DNA from: Torpedo marmorata
Lineage: Eukaryota
Assembly (NCBI GenBank): GCA_977017645.1
Contig: OZ360238.1
Span: forward strand, 85,312,001 to 85,376,000
Length of the DNA: 64,000 nt
Reading direction: 5' to 3'
The notes below the pieces were generated by a model, which ran no database searches, was not told the DNA's origin, and saw nothing but the letters and a program-made list of their open reading frames with translations. Positions 1-12,939 of the stretch are shown one piece after another (the first letter of the stretch is position 1; each line of letters begins with the position of its first letter). The translations under genes and the position numbers were made by a program.

Positions 1-1144
1 TCTGTAGTGTCCTTCTTGTGGGTAAGAACACAGAAACACACAGGATGGGAGCAGTAGAGCTTCTGGCCCTTTGATACTCCTCTACCATTCGGTATGCCAT
101 CTTCTCCTTGCCGCCAGGGAGTTTCATGCAAGTTGCAGTTGCTGCTGTTGTTACTGACTGATCTTGTCACCTGAGAGCTGACAGGTCGAAGACGCACCTT
201 GGGTAGTAGCTGTCCTTCACTGTGCAAAGGGACATTTAACCACCTTCTGTCTCAAAGCTTGAGTATAATGAACATTTATGGAAGCCTCAGGGCTTGACGC
301 ATGGTTTAATTGCACGGGTGACTGTGCAAGCCACTCTGCACACAGTCTTCCTGCCCTTGTCAGATGGAGAAGGTAGTACAAAACGTTCCAATGAAGTTAG
401 CCTACTTCGAAGTGTGCAGGTCTGGACTGCCTGGAGTTCCATTCCCTGGACAATAGAGGACTGAGAGGTCACCTCTTCGCAAGAAAATTATCAAAGAGTT
501 TTGTGAGATTGATCTTGGAGAAAATCTTTGTCAAGTTCAAGGTCAAAACTAGAGGTTATCAGCATGAGACTGTCACCAAAAAATCCGGAGAGGAGGTAAT
601 TCATTCCCGAGACAGTGGTGAATGTGCAGAACTTGCTCTCATGAAGAGGGGTTGAGAAAAATAACAGATATACATTTCAGGGGAAGGTGCATAAATAGAA
701 GGACTCATGCAATAGAAAAATGTCCTGAAAGGGGTGCATGGAGGAGACTTGTGGAATTCTAATATGGGCAGGAATTGTGCGATGAATGGCCTGAGTCTGT
801 GTTTCTATTCCGTGCAGCCCTCTGTGATGTTCTGAGCTGTTTGTTTGCTGTATAAATAAGCTCTGCTGAATTGCAGTTTGTAATCTTTGCTCTGGAAATC
901 GTGGGGCTGAAGTTAAGCCAGGAAAAACACAGTGTGTTTGGGTTTAAAAAGAATGCGTGAGCCACCAAAAAGTGAAAGCACGGCATATTTACATCTCAGT
1001 GTTGGGATGAAGGGCATGTGTGGCCCCCTTTCCAGAGACTCCACATCTACGCAATTGATGTGAAGGTTATTAATCACCTACTCCCCCTATTAGCACTCCC
1101 CCTCCCCCTCCAAAATAAACCCATGAATGATGACAATTTAAACC

Positions 1145-1600
1145 TCTGGCCTCCCATCCATTGAAGACATCTATGTGATCCCTGCCTCAAGAAGGCAGTT
1201 AACATCACATAGGACCCCCATCACCCTGGTCACAACATCTTCTCCCTACTACCTCTGGGCAGAGGGTATAGAAGTCTGAAGTCCAGCACCTCTAGGTTCA
1301 AGAACAGTTTCTTTCCAACAGCTATCAGACTCCAGAACTTCTCATTACACTAATCATAAATGCCGACACTACAGAAAGACATGTCTGCACTATTGTAACA
1401 ACACTTTTTTTTGTTCCACTACGGTAATTGTGAATATATATTATCTATCCATCTTTTGTATTTATTATCTCTTTTTAATTCAACTTAATGTGATTTTTTG
1501 ATACAAAGTACCTGTTTGGCTGCAGCAGGTAAGGCTTTTGGTGCCTATGTACATTGTACAATGTATATGACAATAAACACGATCATTAAAATCATTATCA
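1145..1600 (+). mobile_element. Rex1/Babar-type LINE, old 3' fragment
   Basis: Degenerate match to the C-terminal DPHHPGH..LPSG..R..SFFP region of the copy at 63035-63807; ends in ATGACAATAAA plus short repeats. Confidence 0.75.
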
Positions 1601-1715
1601 TTAATATGAACAGTCTTCTGCTGTAGAAAACAAGAGTATCAGACCTTCCGTGGTGAACAAGAGACTGTATAGATGTACATTGTGTGAATTACTTTCTGAG
1701 TATCAAAAGACTCAG

Positions 1716-1968
1716 CGGCACAGTTAGCGTGGTGGTTAGCACAATGCTATTACTATGCCAGCGACCCGGGTTCAAATTCAGTGCTGGCTGTAAGGAGTTA
1801 GTACGCGCTCCCTGTGTCTACTAGGTTTTCCTCCAGGTGCTCCGGTTTTCTCGCGCCCTTCAAAGCGTACGGGGGTTGTAGGTTAATTGGGGTATTTGGG
1901 TGGCACGAGCTTGTGGACCAGAAGGGTCTGTTACCGTGCTGTATGTCTAAATTAAATTAAAATTAAAA
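1716..1968 (+). mobile_element. tRNA-derived SINE (V-SINE/HE1-like)
   Basis: A-box-like GTGGTGGTTAG, B-box GGTTCAAATTC, central GGTTTTCCTCCAGGTGCTCCGGTTT domain, A/T tail; several paralogous copies in the window. Confidence 0.85.
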
Positions 1969-2098
1969 ACAAGAGCGCATAGTTTTAAGGTGAGAGGTAA
2001 TAGTTTTAAAGAGGATCTTAGGGCTTAATATAACTGAGACTGGTTGATATTGGACTGTGCTCCAGAGGAAATGGTGGAATCAGAGGCAAGGTTCAGGT

Positions 2099-2227
2099 AA
2101 ACAAGAAGTCTGCAGATGCTGGGGTCTTGTGCAGTGCACAGAAGAGCTGGAGAAATTCAGCAGGTCACGCAGCATCCATGAAAAGCAATAGGCAGTCAGC
2201 GTTTTGGGCCTGAGCCCTTCTTCAGGA
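2099..2227 (-). mobile_element. Penelope-like element terminal repeat fragment with hammerhead-like core
   Basis: CTGCAGATGCTGG..GCTGGAGAAATTCAGCAGG..CAGCATC motif on +; the minus strand reads CTGAAGA-A-GGGCTCAGGCCC-AAAACGC. Confidence 0.65.
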
Positions 2228-3100
2228 GTGCCGAAAATCAGGCAGACACCCAGGTTAAGTATGGCCAAGGACAAAGGCGATCAGACAGTGAGTTACAGTG
2301 GACCAGTCGTTGCAAATGTAATTGAACCCCTATTTAGATTCTACACTGTTCTTTTCTTGTGTTTTCTCAGTGTTACCAATTCCTCCATCCACTTTATATT
2401 GAAAGAAATGTATGTAGACTTGTCACATTGCAACTACACTTGCTGGCTAGGAGTAGCAGTGCTACATCAGCCATAGGCACTTCCTGATGGGCTTTTTGTT
2501 TGGAGATCCCATTGTAGTTGCATGCACAGGAAGCTTCAATGCAAAGCGATGACTGCGAACATGGAGAACAATGAGTCAGATTTGACAAAATTATAAAGGG
2601 TGCATCTCCTCGTTTAAATTTTGGAAGCAATGTGGCTTTTTTGAAGCTGAGCTCAATGGAAAGAAATGAGTGAGGCAGTTCCGATTATTACAAGGTAATA
2701 AAAAGGCTTATATCTGGTATGGTCTACCTTCTGAATGCCCCATTATTTTTACAAACCACTAAATTACATTTAAGAGTGGTCACTGCTTCAATGCAAGGAA
2801 GCAAAGTTTCAATTTACGCGCAACAAGATCCCCACAAATATCATAAACAGGCCATTCAGCCCAAATACTAGATGCTGACTGGGTTTTCTAACTGGACCTA
2901 CTCCACATTTGTTTCTGCTTGGCCCATATCCTTCTAAACTCTTACGTGTCCACGTACCGGTATAACTGCCTTTTATACATCACAATTGTCCCCGCCTCTA
3001 CCACTTTATCTGGCAGCTCATTCCACACACACACCACCCACTGTGAGGAAAACATTTCCCCTCTCACCTTAAACCAACGCCCTCTAGTTCTGAACAACTC

Positions 3101-3949
3101 AGTTAGAAGAGTGGGCGGAAACATGGCAGATGGAGTTTAATACTGATAAATGTGAGGTGCTACATTTTGGTAGGATTAATCAGCAAAGGTCATACATGTT
3201 AAATGGAAGACAATTGAGAAGTGCAGTAGAACAGAGGGATTTAGGAATTCTGGTACATAATTCCCTGAATGTTGAGTCACACGTAGATAGGGTGGTGAAG
3301 AAAGCATTTGGTATGTTGGCCTTCATAAATCAGAGTATTGAATATAGGAGTTGGGATGTCATGTTGAAGTTGTATAAGGCATTGGTGAGGCCAAATTTGG
3401 AATATTGTACACAGTTTTGGTCGCCGAATTACAGGAAGGATATAAACAGAATAGAGAGAGTGCAGAGGAGATTTACAAGAATGTTGCCTGGGTTTCTGGG
3501 TTTGAGTTATAGGGAAAGGTTGAACAGGCTGGGACTTTATTCCCTGGAGCATAGAAGGTTGAGGGGTGATTTGATAGAGGTATTTAAAATTATGAAGGGG
3601 AAAGATAGAGTCAATGTGGACAGGCTTTTTCCATTGAGAGTGGGGAAGATTCAAACAAGAGGGCATGGATTGAGATTGAAGGGAGAAAAGTTTAGTGGAA
3701 ACATGAGTGGGAATTTCTTCACTCAGAGGGTGGTAGGAGGGTGGAACGAGCTGCCGGCCGAAGTGATAGATGCAGGTTCAATTTTAATGTTTAAGGAAAA
3801 GTTGGATAGGTATATGGACGAGAGAGGTGTGGAGGGTTATGGGCCGGGTGCGGGTCAGTGGGACTAGGTGGGAGAATGTGTTCGGCATGGACAAGAAGGG
3901 CCGAACTGGCCTGTTTCTGTGCTGTAAATGTTATATGGTTATATGGTTA
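3101..3949 (+). mobile_element. CR1 LINE, young 5'-truncated copy with open ORF2 C-terminus (3130-3867), inserted into an older minus-strand CR1 (~2845-3985)
   Basis: FNTDKCEVLHFG, RPNLEYC.QFWSP, RRLRGDLIEVFK and FFTQRVV..WN.LP motifs; (TATATGGT)n tail; the host sequence resumes after the tail. Confidence 0.95.
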
Positions 3950-4109
3950 CCCTGGGGGTAAAGACTGTGACCACCCACCTTGTCTGTTAATGTGACCAGA
4001 TGATTCAATGGCGTTTCCTTTCATGATGGTGTTGTTGAGGAGTAAGTATTTTTTCATCCCCCCGAGCTCCCAGATAAAACCTTCATCTGAAAAGCGGCCC
4101 CTAAGATAA

Positions 4110-4456
4110 AACATAGAACATTCCAGCTCAGTACAGGACTTCAGCCCACAATGCTGTGCAGACCTCTACGTAAACCTACTCCACATCAATTTGACCCTTT
4201 CCAACCTCACAGATAATAACCCTCTATTTTTCTTACATCCATGTGCCTGAAAGACTTTTGAATGTCCCTAATGTACCAGACTCCACCAGCAGTCCTGGCA
4301 TCCACCGCTCTCTGTGTAAAAACAAAACTTACCTCTGACGTCTCCCATAAACCTTACTCCACTCACCTTAAGCAGTTGTCCTCTGGTATTGACCATTGCC
4401 ATCTTGGGGAAATGGTGCTGGCTGTACACCCGATCTATGCCCCTCATCTTATAGAT
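4110..4456 (-). mobile_element. CR1 3' fragment
   Basis: Reverse complement of the CR1 3' end seen elsewhere in the window (e.g. 24750-24985). Confidence 0.75.
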
Positions 4457-4701
4457 CAGCCATTCTCAACCTTTTTGTAGCTATGGCCCCCTTAGGACTC
4501 TGATCAAAGTTTATGGGCTCCCTTCCCTGTGAAGTAATCAAGTTTTGGTTTCTTCCATACTTCTCTTCCACTGACTACATAAAAATCATTAAAATATTCA
4601 TGTTACGTGAGGTGAAAAGAAAATAAGGCTTTTACTTAAATGTACTGTGGTCCCGGGGGGGGGGGGGGTGGTGTGTGTAGGGCCCCCATTGAGAATGGCT
4701 G
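4457..4701. mobile_element. Non-autonomous hAT (Charlie-like) MITE, 245 bp
   Basis: 13-bp perfect TIRs CAGCCATTCTCAA/TTGAGAATGGCTG; 8-bp TSD TTATAGAT (4449-4456) / ATATAGAT (4702-4709). Confidence 0.9.
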
Positions 4702-5646
4702 ATATAGATTACACCTTCTTGGTACTGCACTTGAAAGTAGTGGCCTAGATATTTCTTCAAATTCCTGGAGTGGAGTTTGAACACAGGGTCCCCTGGAACA
4801 GGAGGGAGTGACGTGACAACAATCCTCAGAGAAATGAACAACTTAAAAAGAAGACAGGAGAGAATAAATAGTGGCTAGACACCGAACTGTCGTGTGCTAC
4901 TGTTCTTCAGCATTACACTGCAGGAGCTTTCATATCCAACGAAGAGAGCAGACTTGGATTGAGTGTCACTAATTTCCAGCACAAGTACAATGCTCCCTCA
5001 CTACTACTTTGCAGTGATAGTCTTGATATTGCCTGAAATGAGAAATGAATCCAGAGAATACTGTCTCAGATGACAAGGGGAATGTTAAATTTTAAGCAAA
5101 TTTCAAAAGAGCGAACCATCCTCTGAAATGCTGTAGTCAGCTTTTGTTAACTCTGTTTGTGATAAATTACATTGTGAAACAATGTGGGTGATGATTTAGA
5201 TTCTGTAAGTTTGTTTTATTTGTCACAAACTACCTAGTACGGTGAGAAGAGTTATTTTGTGAGCAGACTAATAGGTTATCTCTAACACAGCATAAAGAGA
5301 ACAATTTAAAGAGTACGGGATTACAATGAAAAGAAGACCAATTCGCACCAAGCAAGGGCAACAGGAGAGCACCTTGAGGAAGGACTCCGGCCGAAACATC
5401 AGTAATATATCTTTACCTCCTGTGGGCGCTGCGAGACTGGCTGAGTTCCTCCAGCCCTCTTGCCCTGGACTCTGCTACCAGGGGAAACAACCTTTCTACA
5501 TCTACTCTGTCCGTGCCTTTCAACATTTGAAATATTTCTCTGATCCTCTCCTCATTCTCCTAAATTCCAAAATGTACAGGCCAAGAATCATCAAATGTTC
5601 CTCATATGATAATGCTTTCATTCCCAGAATCATCCTTGTGAACATC

Positions 5647-6318
5647 TGTTGTGTTTAGAAGAGTATCAGGTTCGGTGGGTTCACAGAGAGATGAGTCTGG
5701 ACACGAGTGTTACAATCACAGGTAACTTTAATGAACACACAGGAGACAAACAGGGGAGAACGTTAAATGATACTCCATTACTAAGCAACTATTTGACATT
5801 CACATCGGACCCAGGTTGGACTCTGATACCAGTGGCCGCCTATACTCTACATGCTCACACACGTGTACACACTCTACAGACAGGGAATTTCACACACACT
5901 CCCAGTTCCCTGTACCAATGGGGGTGCGGCTCTCTGCAAGCACTGATCTATCGCAGTACTACGGCTCAGCTTAAGTGTAGTGCACACCTTACCCGTGACA
6001 CTTCCAGCGATGTCCACAGTAGCGACCTGGCGTGGAGCGATGTCCGGGGCTTGGACCACGAGGTAGAGAGAAAGAAATGTGCTATGCATCGATGTTATAT
6101 ACAATTCTGATCTGGGCGCCTAGGCAATAATGACCCTAGGTAATTTAAACGAGCCAACGGCAAGGTGTGCACTAATGGGTGGCCGGAGTCCAACCCTGAT
6201 TGACAGGCGATGAGACTTCTGAATAAGTTTCAGACAGGGAGGACACGTGACCACCGCAATTCACAATATTCCAGACAGGCAGGGAAGGCCACGTGTTTTC
6301 CATAATCCACATATAACA
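5647..6318 (-). mobile_element. Solo LTR, 672 bp
   Basis: TGTTGT...ATAACA termini; 5-bp TSD ACATC/ATATC (1 mismatch); ATTAAA poly(A) signal on the minus strand near 5730. Confidence 0.8.
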
Positions 6319-6368
6319 ATATCCTCCGCACCCTCTCTAACATTAGGACATCCTTTCTTAAAAGAGGA

Positions 6369-7285
6369 TCTTAATGTTACAATTGATGAAAAAAGGTGGT
6401 CGGATTTATGTTTAGATAGTATGACTAATACTGTTAATGTAAGATATAGATTGGTACAATATAACTTTTTACATCAATTATATCTTACACCACAAAAATT
6501 GAATAAGATAAATTCTACGATATCAAATAGATGTTTTAGATGTGGTGAAGAAGAGGGAACTTTTTTACACTCAACGTGGTCATGTCCAAAAGTTAAAGGT
6601 TTTTGGATAGAGCTAGGAAATCGGTTAAAACAAATTACAGGTGTTACATTTCCACAGAATCCTGACTTATTTTTATTGGGAAATGTGGAAGGAACTAGAC
6701 CAAAATTGAAGTTATCTACGTGGCAATTGAAATTTGTAAAAATTGCATTAGCAGTAGCAAGGAAATGTATAGCAGTAACTTGGAAATCGGATACAAATTT
6801 AAATATGGATAGATGGAACTCAGAGATGCGGAGTTGTATTCCATTGGAAAGAATAACATATAATATGAGGAATAAATATGGGGTATTTTTGCAAATTTGG
6901 CGTCCATTTATCCAATTATTAGGAATGAATATTTAAATGTGTTGCTCTACATCCTAGACCCTGCTGACTCTCTTAAATTTAAACTTAAAGAATGAATACT
7001 GTTGAATGTCTCGCACCGAGCCGTGGACCTGTATGGATGTTTTTTTTTGATAAATGTCAATGTCTTCTCCTCTTTCTTCTTTTTTCTTTATTTTTAGTTA
7101 GGGGAGGGAGTAAGGGATGGGAAGGGTGGAGGGTGGGTTGTTTTAGTGAGGGTGGGTTGAGATGGGGTTAGAATCACGGTAATACAAATTTTGTTTGTAT
7201 TGAACTCATTAATGTCTATCATATATTTTGTACTATTTTGTATTATTGTGAAAAATTTGAAAACTTAAAATAAAATATATTAAAA
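6369..7285 (+). mobile_element. L1-clade LINE, 5'-truncated (ORF2 CCHC C-terminus plus 3' UTR)
   Basis: CFRC..EEGTFLHSTWSCPKV zinc knuckle; G-rich 3' UTR; AATAAA and poly(A); TSD AAAAGAGGA at 6360-6368 and 7286-7294 at a TT/AAAA site. Confidence 0.95.
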
Positions 7286-7849
7286 AAAAGAGGAGCCCAA
7301 AACTGCTCATAATAGTCCGAAGTGCCTTATAAAGCCTTAGGTTGAGATGAAGTCAGTCGTTCTTTCAAAGTGTATTCCCAGTAAAATGCTCAGAATCCCA
7401 AGCTGTACATGTGCAGTTTAATGTTTGGTACAGCTTTGAACCCTAAGGGGTTGGGGATTATCAATGAATTTTGGAACAGAAAGGAGATAATAGAATCAAT
7501 CATTTTATAATGATCGGCTGTGATCTGATTTGGTTTACCTTGCATGAGGGTTAGTGATAACTTTTAAAAAAGGAATTAGATCAATACTCAATGGTGTAAA
7601 AAATTCATCCAAGAACAGGGCCTTTGTTCAAATTTCTTTCAAGGCACTATCTATCGTTGGGTTATTCAGAGACTGGTGTATGCACGGAGCTAGTTAGAGT
7701 GAAAGGGAGATGAATTTGAGAGAGAACAGGATGGATTATTGATGGAGGAAGCTATAGAGGAGCCTACAAGAAGGAGATCAGTGTATAAAATATTATTTTC
7801 CCAGATACATGGAATCTAATCTTGCACTCTCCTGTATTATGATGTAAAA

Positions 7850-8110
7850 TGGTCAGCTGTGGCTCAGTTGAAAGCGATCTTATCTCTGAATCAGAAGATT
7901 ATGTGCTCGAGTCCCACATCAGAGCATTGAGCACGATTCGCCTCCAGTGCTGTGCCAAGGGATAAGATGTCCATTCTCTCTGGTGGACGTAGAGGATTCC
8001 ATGGCCATATTTCAAAGAGCAGGAATATTCTCTATCCTCTCCAGTGCTGGGGAGGGGGGGGGGGTCAATTTTTAAACTATAACTAATCATGAAACCATTG
8101 TCTGGACAGT
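7850..8110 (+). mobile_element. Old Deu-domain-type SINE remnant (SacSINE1/AmnSINE-like)
   Basis: tRNA-like head GTGGCTCAGTTG..GAGTCCCAC followed by GGTGGACGTAGAGGATTCCATGGC..TATTTCAAAGAGCAGG, matching my recollection of the Deu domain. Confidence 0.6.
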
Positions 8111-8929
8111 CACATAATGATTGAGCACCAAGAAAAGCCCTACAACCTAACTCTAACCAAGATCGTGCCATTTGCCTGCGTTCAGCCCATATCCCTCGAA
8201 ACCTTTCCAATCGATGATCTTTCTCAATGTCCTTTGAACATTTTAGTTGGATTTGGACATGGTGATCAGCACAGACACATGTGCTGAAGGGGCCTGTTCC
8301 TGCGATGTTCTGTTCTATGTATATTTATTTTAGCAAAAAACCCTTGCCTCCTTTACTCTTCACTGGAGTAGGAGAATGCCTCCCTTATCAGTGGCACACC
8401 TTGAGTGGCTCTGAGAGGGTGGTGGAGGCAGATGATTTCACAGCATTAAGGAATGAGCTCTTGAAATGCCAAAGCATGAATGCCTACAGATCAAGTACAG
8501 GTAAATGGGGTTAGTGGAGATGGGTGCTTGATGGTCAGCGCGGACATGATGAGCTGAAGGAGCCTTTTCTGTGTAGTAAGATTCCATCCCTCTATATGTT
8601 TTATGGTTCTATCTCCTTTGTACCCATTCCAAGACCTTGGCACTCTCTCCAATACATGTAGAATTGAACACTCTAAGATCTCACCACTAATTTGGAAAGG
8701 TTGACCAGAATTTGCAATGCTGTGCACTTTAAGACCCTCTCCCTGATGCTGCCCAACCTTTGTAAGGCTCCCTATAATTGCACTCGATATGGTTTAAATT
8801 AGTAATGGTAGGTATAGCAGGATTATGAGTGGTGAGTGTGGAAATAAAGTCTAATGCTGTTCGTTTTTCACAGTCTAATGAATAACATTAACCTTGTGTG
8901 TGTAGTGCCTTTCGCAACTGAATGGTGAA

Positions 8930-9545
8930 ACTCCCCGAGAGGGTGCAGGAAAAGTTTACAAGAATAGTTCCAGGGATAAGGAATTTTGGCTGTAAAACTA
9001 GACCAAAACAGCTGGAGCTGTTTTCTTTGGAGCAAGAAGGCTGAGAGGGGATTTAATGAAGTGTGAATAGATTCTTGATAAAAGGGTCCTGGCCTGAAAT
9101 GTTGACGGACCAGCTCTCTCCGCGGACGCTGCCTGACCTGCTGAGTCCCTCCAGCTTCTCTGTGTTTGCTCAAGATTCCAGCACCTGCAGTTTTGTTTCT
9201 CTGTAATAGATCATGACGGGTCAAGGTGAGAAGAGGTTTGCTGTTCGTATTAGCAGATGGTTCAAGGAGGAGGGACACATTGAAAAGATTGGGCAAAAGT
9301 TAAAAGGGGAGATAGGAGGATTTTGTTTTCACAGAAAGATTAGTTGTGAACTGGAACTTCTGGCTGTAAAGCTCTTAGTAAATGGTCAGTCAGGGCATTC
9401 AGGAATTGGTTGGGCTTGAGAAAGTACACTTTACTAAGCTGTGGGAAAGTTTGGCGGGGAAGAGATTAACAGGATTGTTCCACTGGAAGGTAGAATAGAT
9501 TCAGTAGGCCAAATGGCCTCCTTTTCTTCCAAGTCTATGAATCTT
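8930..9545 (+). mobile_element. Degenerate CR1 3' region containing a Penelope terminal fragment (~9070-9200)
   Basis: CR1-like GAGAGGGTGCAG..TTTACAAGAAT and GGCTGAGAGGGGATTTAAT; inserted CTGACCTGCTGAGT..TCCAGC motif. Confidence 0.65.
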
Positions 9546-10684
9546 AACACTGAATATCCTAAAATATTTCACAACCAAAGTACATTATCTGCTGTCAACG
9601 TTATAGAAAAGGAAATAATTGACTTGTACATAGCAAACTCCTGCAAATCACCCTGAGGGAAAACTAGCTGGATTATGTTCTTTCGAGGAGCTGGTTGGGA
9701 ACGGCCCCTTTCGTCTTGGTAACTTTTCATGGGAATGTTTACATCATTCATTCTCCTGCATTTAACATCTTGTCTGACCTAGTTTTTTATTGAATTGTCA
9801 GTTGACGTCAATCAAAAGCTTTCTGACTCATGGACATGAGCACATGACGAAACCATAGTGGACATACGTGCCGGAACCTTCCAGATCATTTTCAGACTTC
9901 ACATTTTTGGATGGGAACCTACTTCCCGACTCTCAGACTGTGGTGTATCACAGTCTGAAAATCACTCTGGTTGTGAAAGCTCCTCAGGCACAGTGAAGTA
10001 ACTCAGGATAGGACAGTGTGTGTGTGTGTGGGGGGTGGGGGGGGGGGGTGGGGGGGAGGGGAGGTGGTGGTCTCATTCAATCCCACCATTACTTGTCAGG
10101 AAATGTCTTCCACTCATCAAGATATCTAAACTGCAGATTAACCAGTTCCACCACCAAATTCTGAATTGATCTGATGAATGCAAAGCAGATTCATAACCAA
10201 ATAAAATTAAATTTTACCGAAGGCATTTAGATTTATTTATGTGCCTGGCTGCAGGTCAGTTGTGCAAATGATTTGACTCTATTTAGTTTCAGTGTGTTAG
10301 AAACTATAAAAGCGATGAAATTATTTGGGATTGGATTAAAATTTTTAGATTTCGCTTGATATGATCTTCTTAAAAACAGTATGCAGTGAAAATAAATGAT
10401 AAATTATTGAACATTTTGTACCATTGATGTAGTTGAGAAGGAATTGTGGTCTTTGCAATTCCACACACTGGGAATGGTGTGTTGATGTTTAATCCATGCT
10501 GAGTTCCCCACAATCATACTCTGGGAGGTCACTAGAAGCTCAAATAGACCGGTCGCATAAATACCATGTATGTGTATGTGCCATGAATTATGTGTGTGCA
10601 CCGTGGTCCGGAGAAACGCTGTTTTGTCTGGTTACATAAGTACAGTCAGATGATAAACTTGAACGAGAACCGTTGTCACAAGAT

Positions 10685-11150
10685 TAAACAAGAAGTCTGC
10701 AGATGTTGGATAACAGGAACAACATACAGTAGTGCTTGTGGAACTCAGCAGGTCATGCAGCTTCCATGGAAAGCAACAGGCAGTCAATGCTTCAGGCCTG
10801 AGCCCTTTGGGACTTTTTTGTGTTTGCCACCATGGCTACAAGAGCAGGCCAGAGACTGAGGATCCTGCAGTGAGTGACTCACCTTCGGACATCTCAAGTC
10901 CTTTCCATCAGGCATAAGTCCTACGTATGATGGAATCTTGCAATCCAGAAATGTGCTGGAGAAACTCAGCAGGTCACACAGCATCCACAGGAGGTAAAGG
11001 GTAACCAGCGTTTCGAGCCTAGGCATGATACCTTGACGAAGGGCTCAGGCCTGAAATGTTGGTTACCCTTTACCTCCTATGGATGCTGGTGACCTGCTGA
11101 ATTTCTCCAGCACGTTTATGTGTTACAACAGCATCTGCTGACTTTCTTGT
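10685..11150. mobile_element. Cluster of three Penelope terminal-repeat fragments (two in one orientation, one inverted)
   Basis: GCTGGAGAAACTCAGCAGGTCAC..AGCATCC (10955-10987) is inverted relative to GGATGCT..GTGACCTGCTGAATTTCTCCAGC (11081-11111). Confidence 0.7.
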
Positions 11151-11512
11151 TTAATTCTTTGATGGAATCCTGTTCACATCGCTGGGTAAGTACAGCCCCA
11201 ACTCTCAAGAAGCACAATGCCATGCAGGACAAAGCGACATACTCCATTGGCACTCCATCCATCACTCTGAGCATTATTCCCTTCACCAGTGGTGCAGAGT
11301 GACTGCAGCATGTAGCATCTACAAAATGGTGCCATTGCACACCTGGCTACTCACAGCACCTTCCGAACAGGCCACTTCTGCCATCAAAGTCATGTGAACA
11401 TCACAGGAGCCATTCCTCCCAAGATCAGAAGAAGGTGCAAAATGTGGAGATCACAGTTCAGAACATTACACAAACCACCCTCACCTCCGTGGACTCCATC
11501 CACACCTCAGGG

Positions 11513-12778
11513 CCTGGGTCAACCAAAGTGGTCCCTGGGTAACCAACCTGGGGCTCATGGTTGACCAACTGGGCCACGAGGTTAACCAACCTGGGGCACG
11601 AGGTTAACCAACTGGGGCACGAGGTTAACCAATCTGGGGCACGAGGTTAACCAACCTGGGGCTCACGGTTAACCAATCTGGGGCACGAGGTTAACCAACC
11701 TGGGGCTCACGGTTAACCAATCTGGGGCACGATGTTAACCAACCTGGGGCACGATGTTAACCAACCTGGGGCTCACGGTTAACCAACTGGGGCACGAGGT
11801 TAACCAACCTGGGGCTCACGGTTAACCAACTGGGGCACGAGGTTAACCAACCTGGGGCACGATGTTAACCAACCTGGGGCACGAGGTTAACCAACCTGGG
11901 GCACGATGTTAACCAACCTGGGGCACGAGGTTAACCAACCTGGGGCACGAGGTTAACCAACCTGGGGCACGAGGTTAACCAACCTGGGGCACGAGGTTAA
12001 CCAACCTGGGGCACGAGGTTAACCAACCTGGGGCTCATGGTTAACCAACCTGGGGCACGATGTTAACCAACCTGGGGCTCATGGTTAACCAACCTGGGGC
12101 ACGATGTTAACCAACCTGGGGCACGAGGTTAACCAACCTGGGGCACGAGGTTAACCAACCTGGGGCATGATGTTAACCAACCTGGGGCACGAGGTTAACC
12201 AACCTGGGGCACGATGTTAACCAACCTGGGGCACGAGGTTAACCAACCTGGGGCACGAGGTTAACCAACCTGGGGCACGAGGTTAACCAACCTGGGGCAC
12301 GATGTTAACCAACCTGGGGCACGAGGTTAACCAACCTGGGGCACGAGGTTAACCAACCTGGGGCACGATGTTAACCAACCTGGGGCACGAGGTTAACCAA
12401 CCTGGGGCACGATGTTAACCAACCTGGGGCACGATGTTAACCAACCTGGGGCTTGATGTTAACCAACCTGCGGCACGAGGTTAACCAACCTGGGGCACGA
12501 GGTTAACCAACCTGGGGCACGAGGTTAACCAACCTGGTGCACGAGGTTAACCAACCTGGGGCACGATGTTAACCAACCTGCGGCACGAGGTTAACCAACC
12601 TGGGGCTTGATGTTAACCAACCTGCGGCACGAGGTTAACCAACCTGGGGCACGAGGTTAACCAACCTGGGGCACGAGGTTAACCAACCTGGGGCACGAGG
12701 TTAACCAACCTGGTGCACGAGGTTAACCAACCTGGGGCACGATGTTAACCAACCTGCGGCACGAGGTTAACCAACCTG
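11513..12778. repeat. 22-bp minisatellite, about 57 units, consensus GGTTAACCAACCTGGGGCACGA
   Basis: Directly visible head-to-tail array with no spacers. Confidence 0.98.
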
Positions 12779-12939
12779 AGGCTTTATTTCAAGTCCCACG
12801 CTGGCAGCTGTGGTTTTTAAATTCAGCTAAAAATAACCTGGCAATTCTTAAAAGCCCAGCACTCTCAGGACTGGTGACTTTGAAACTATTTACTTTTTGT
12901 ATTTATTATCCGTTTTTAATTTAATTAAATATTCTATTG

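Larger units (their letters stand above)
5455..7340 (-). mobile_element. Old CR1 fragment split by a solo LTR and an L1
   Basis: CR1 antisense sequence is continuous once 5647-6318 and 6369-7285 and one copy of each TSD are removed. Confidence 0.8.

Noticed and set aside
11513-12778. CRISPR array or coding repeat
   Set aside because: Units are contiguous with no unique spacers, no cas genes are present, the context is eukaryotic, and the 22-bp period puts TAA stops in all frames on both strands
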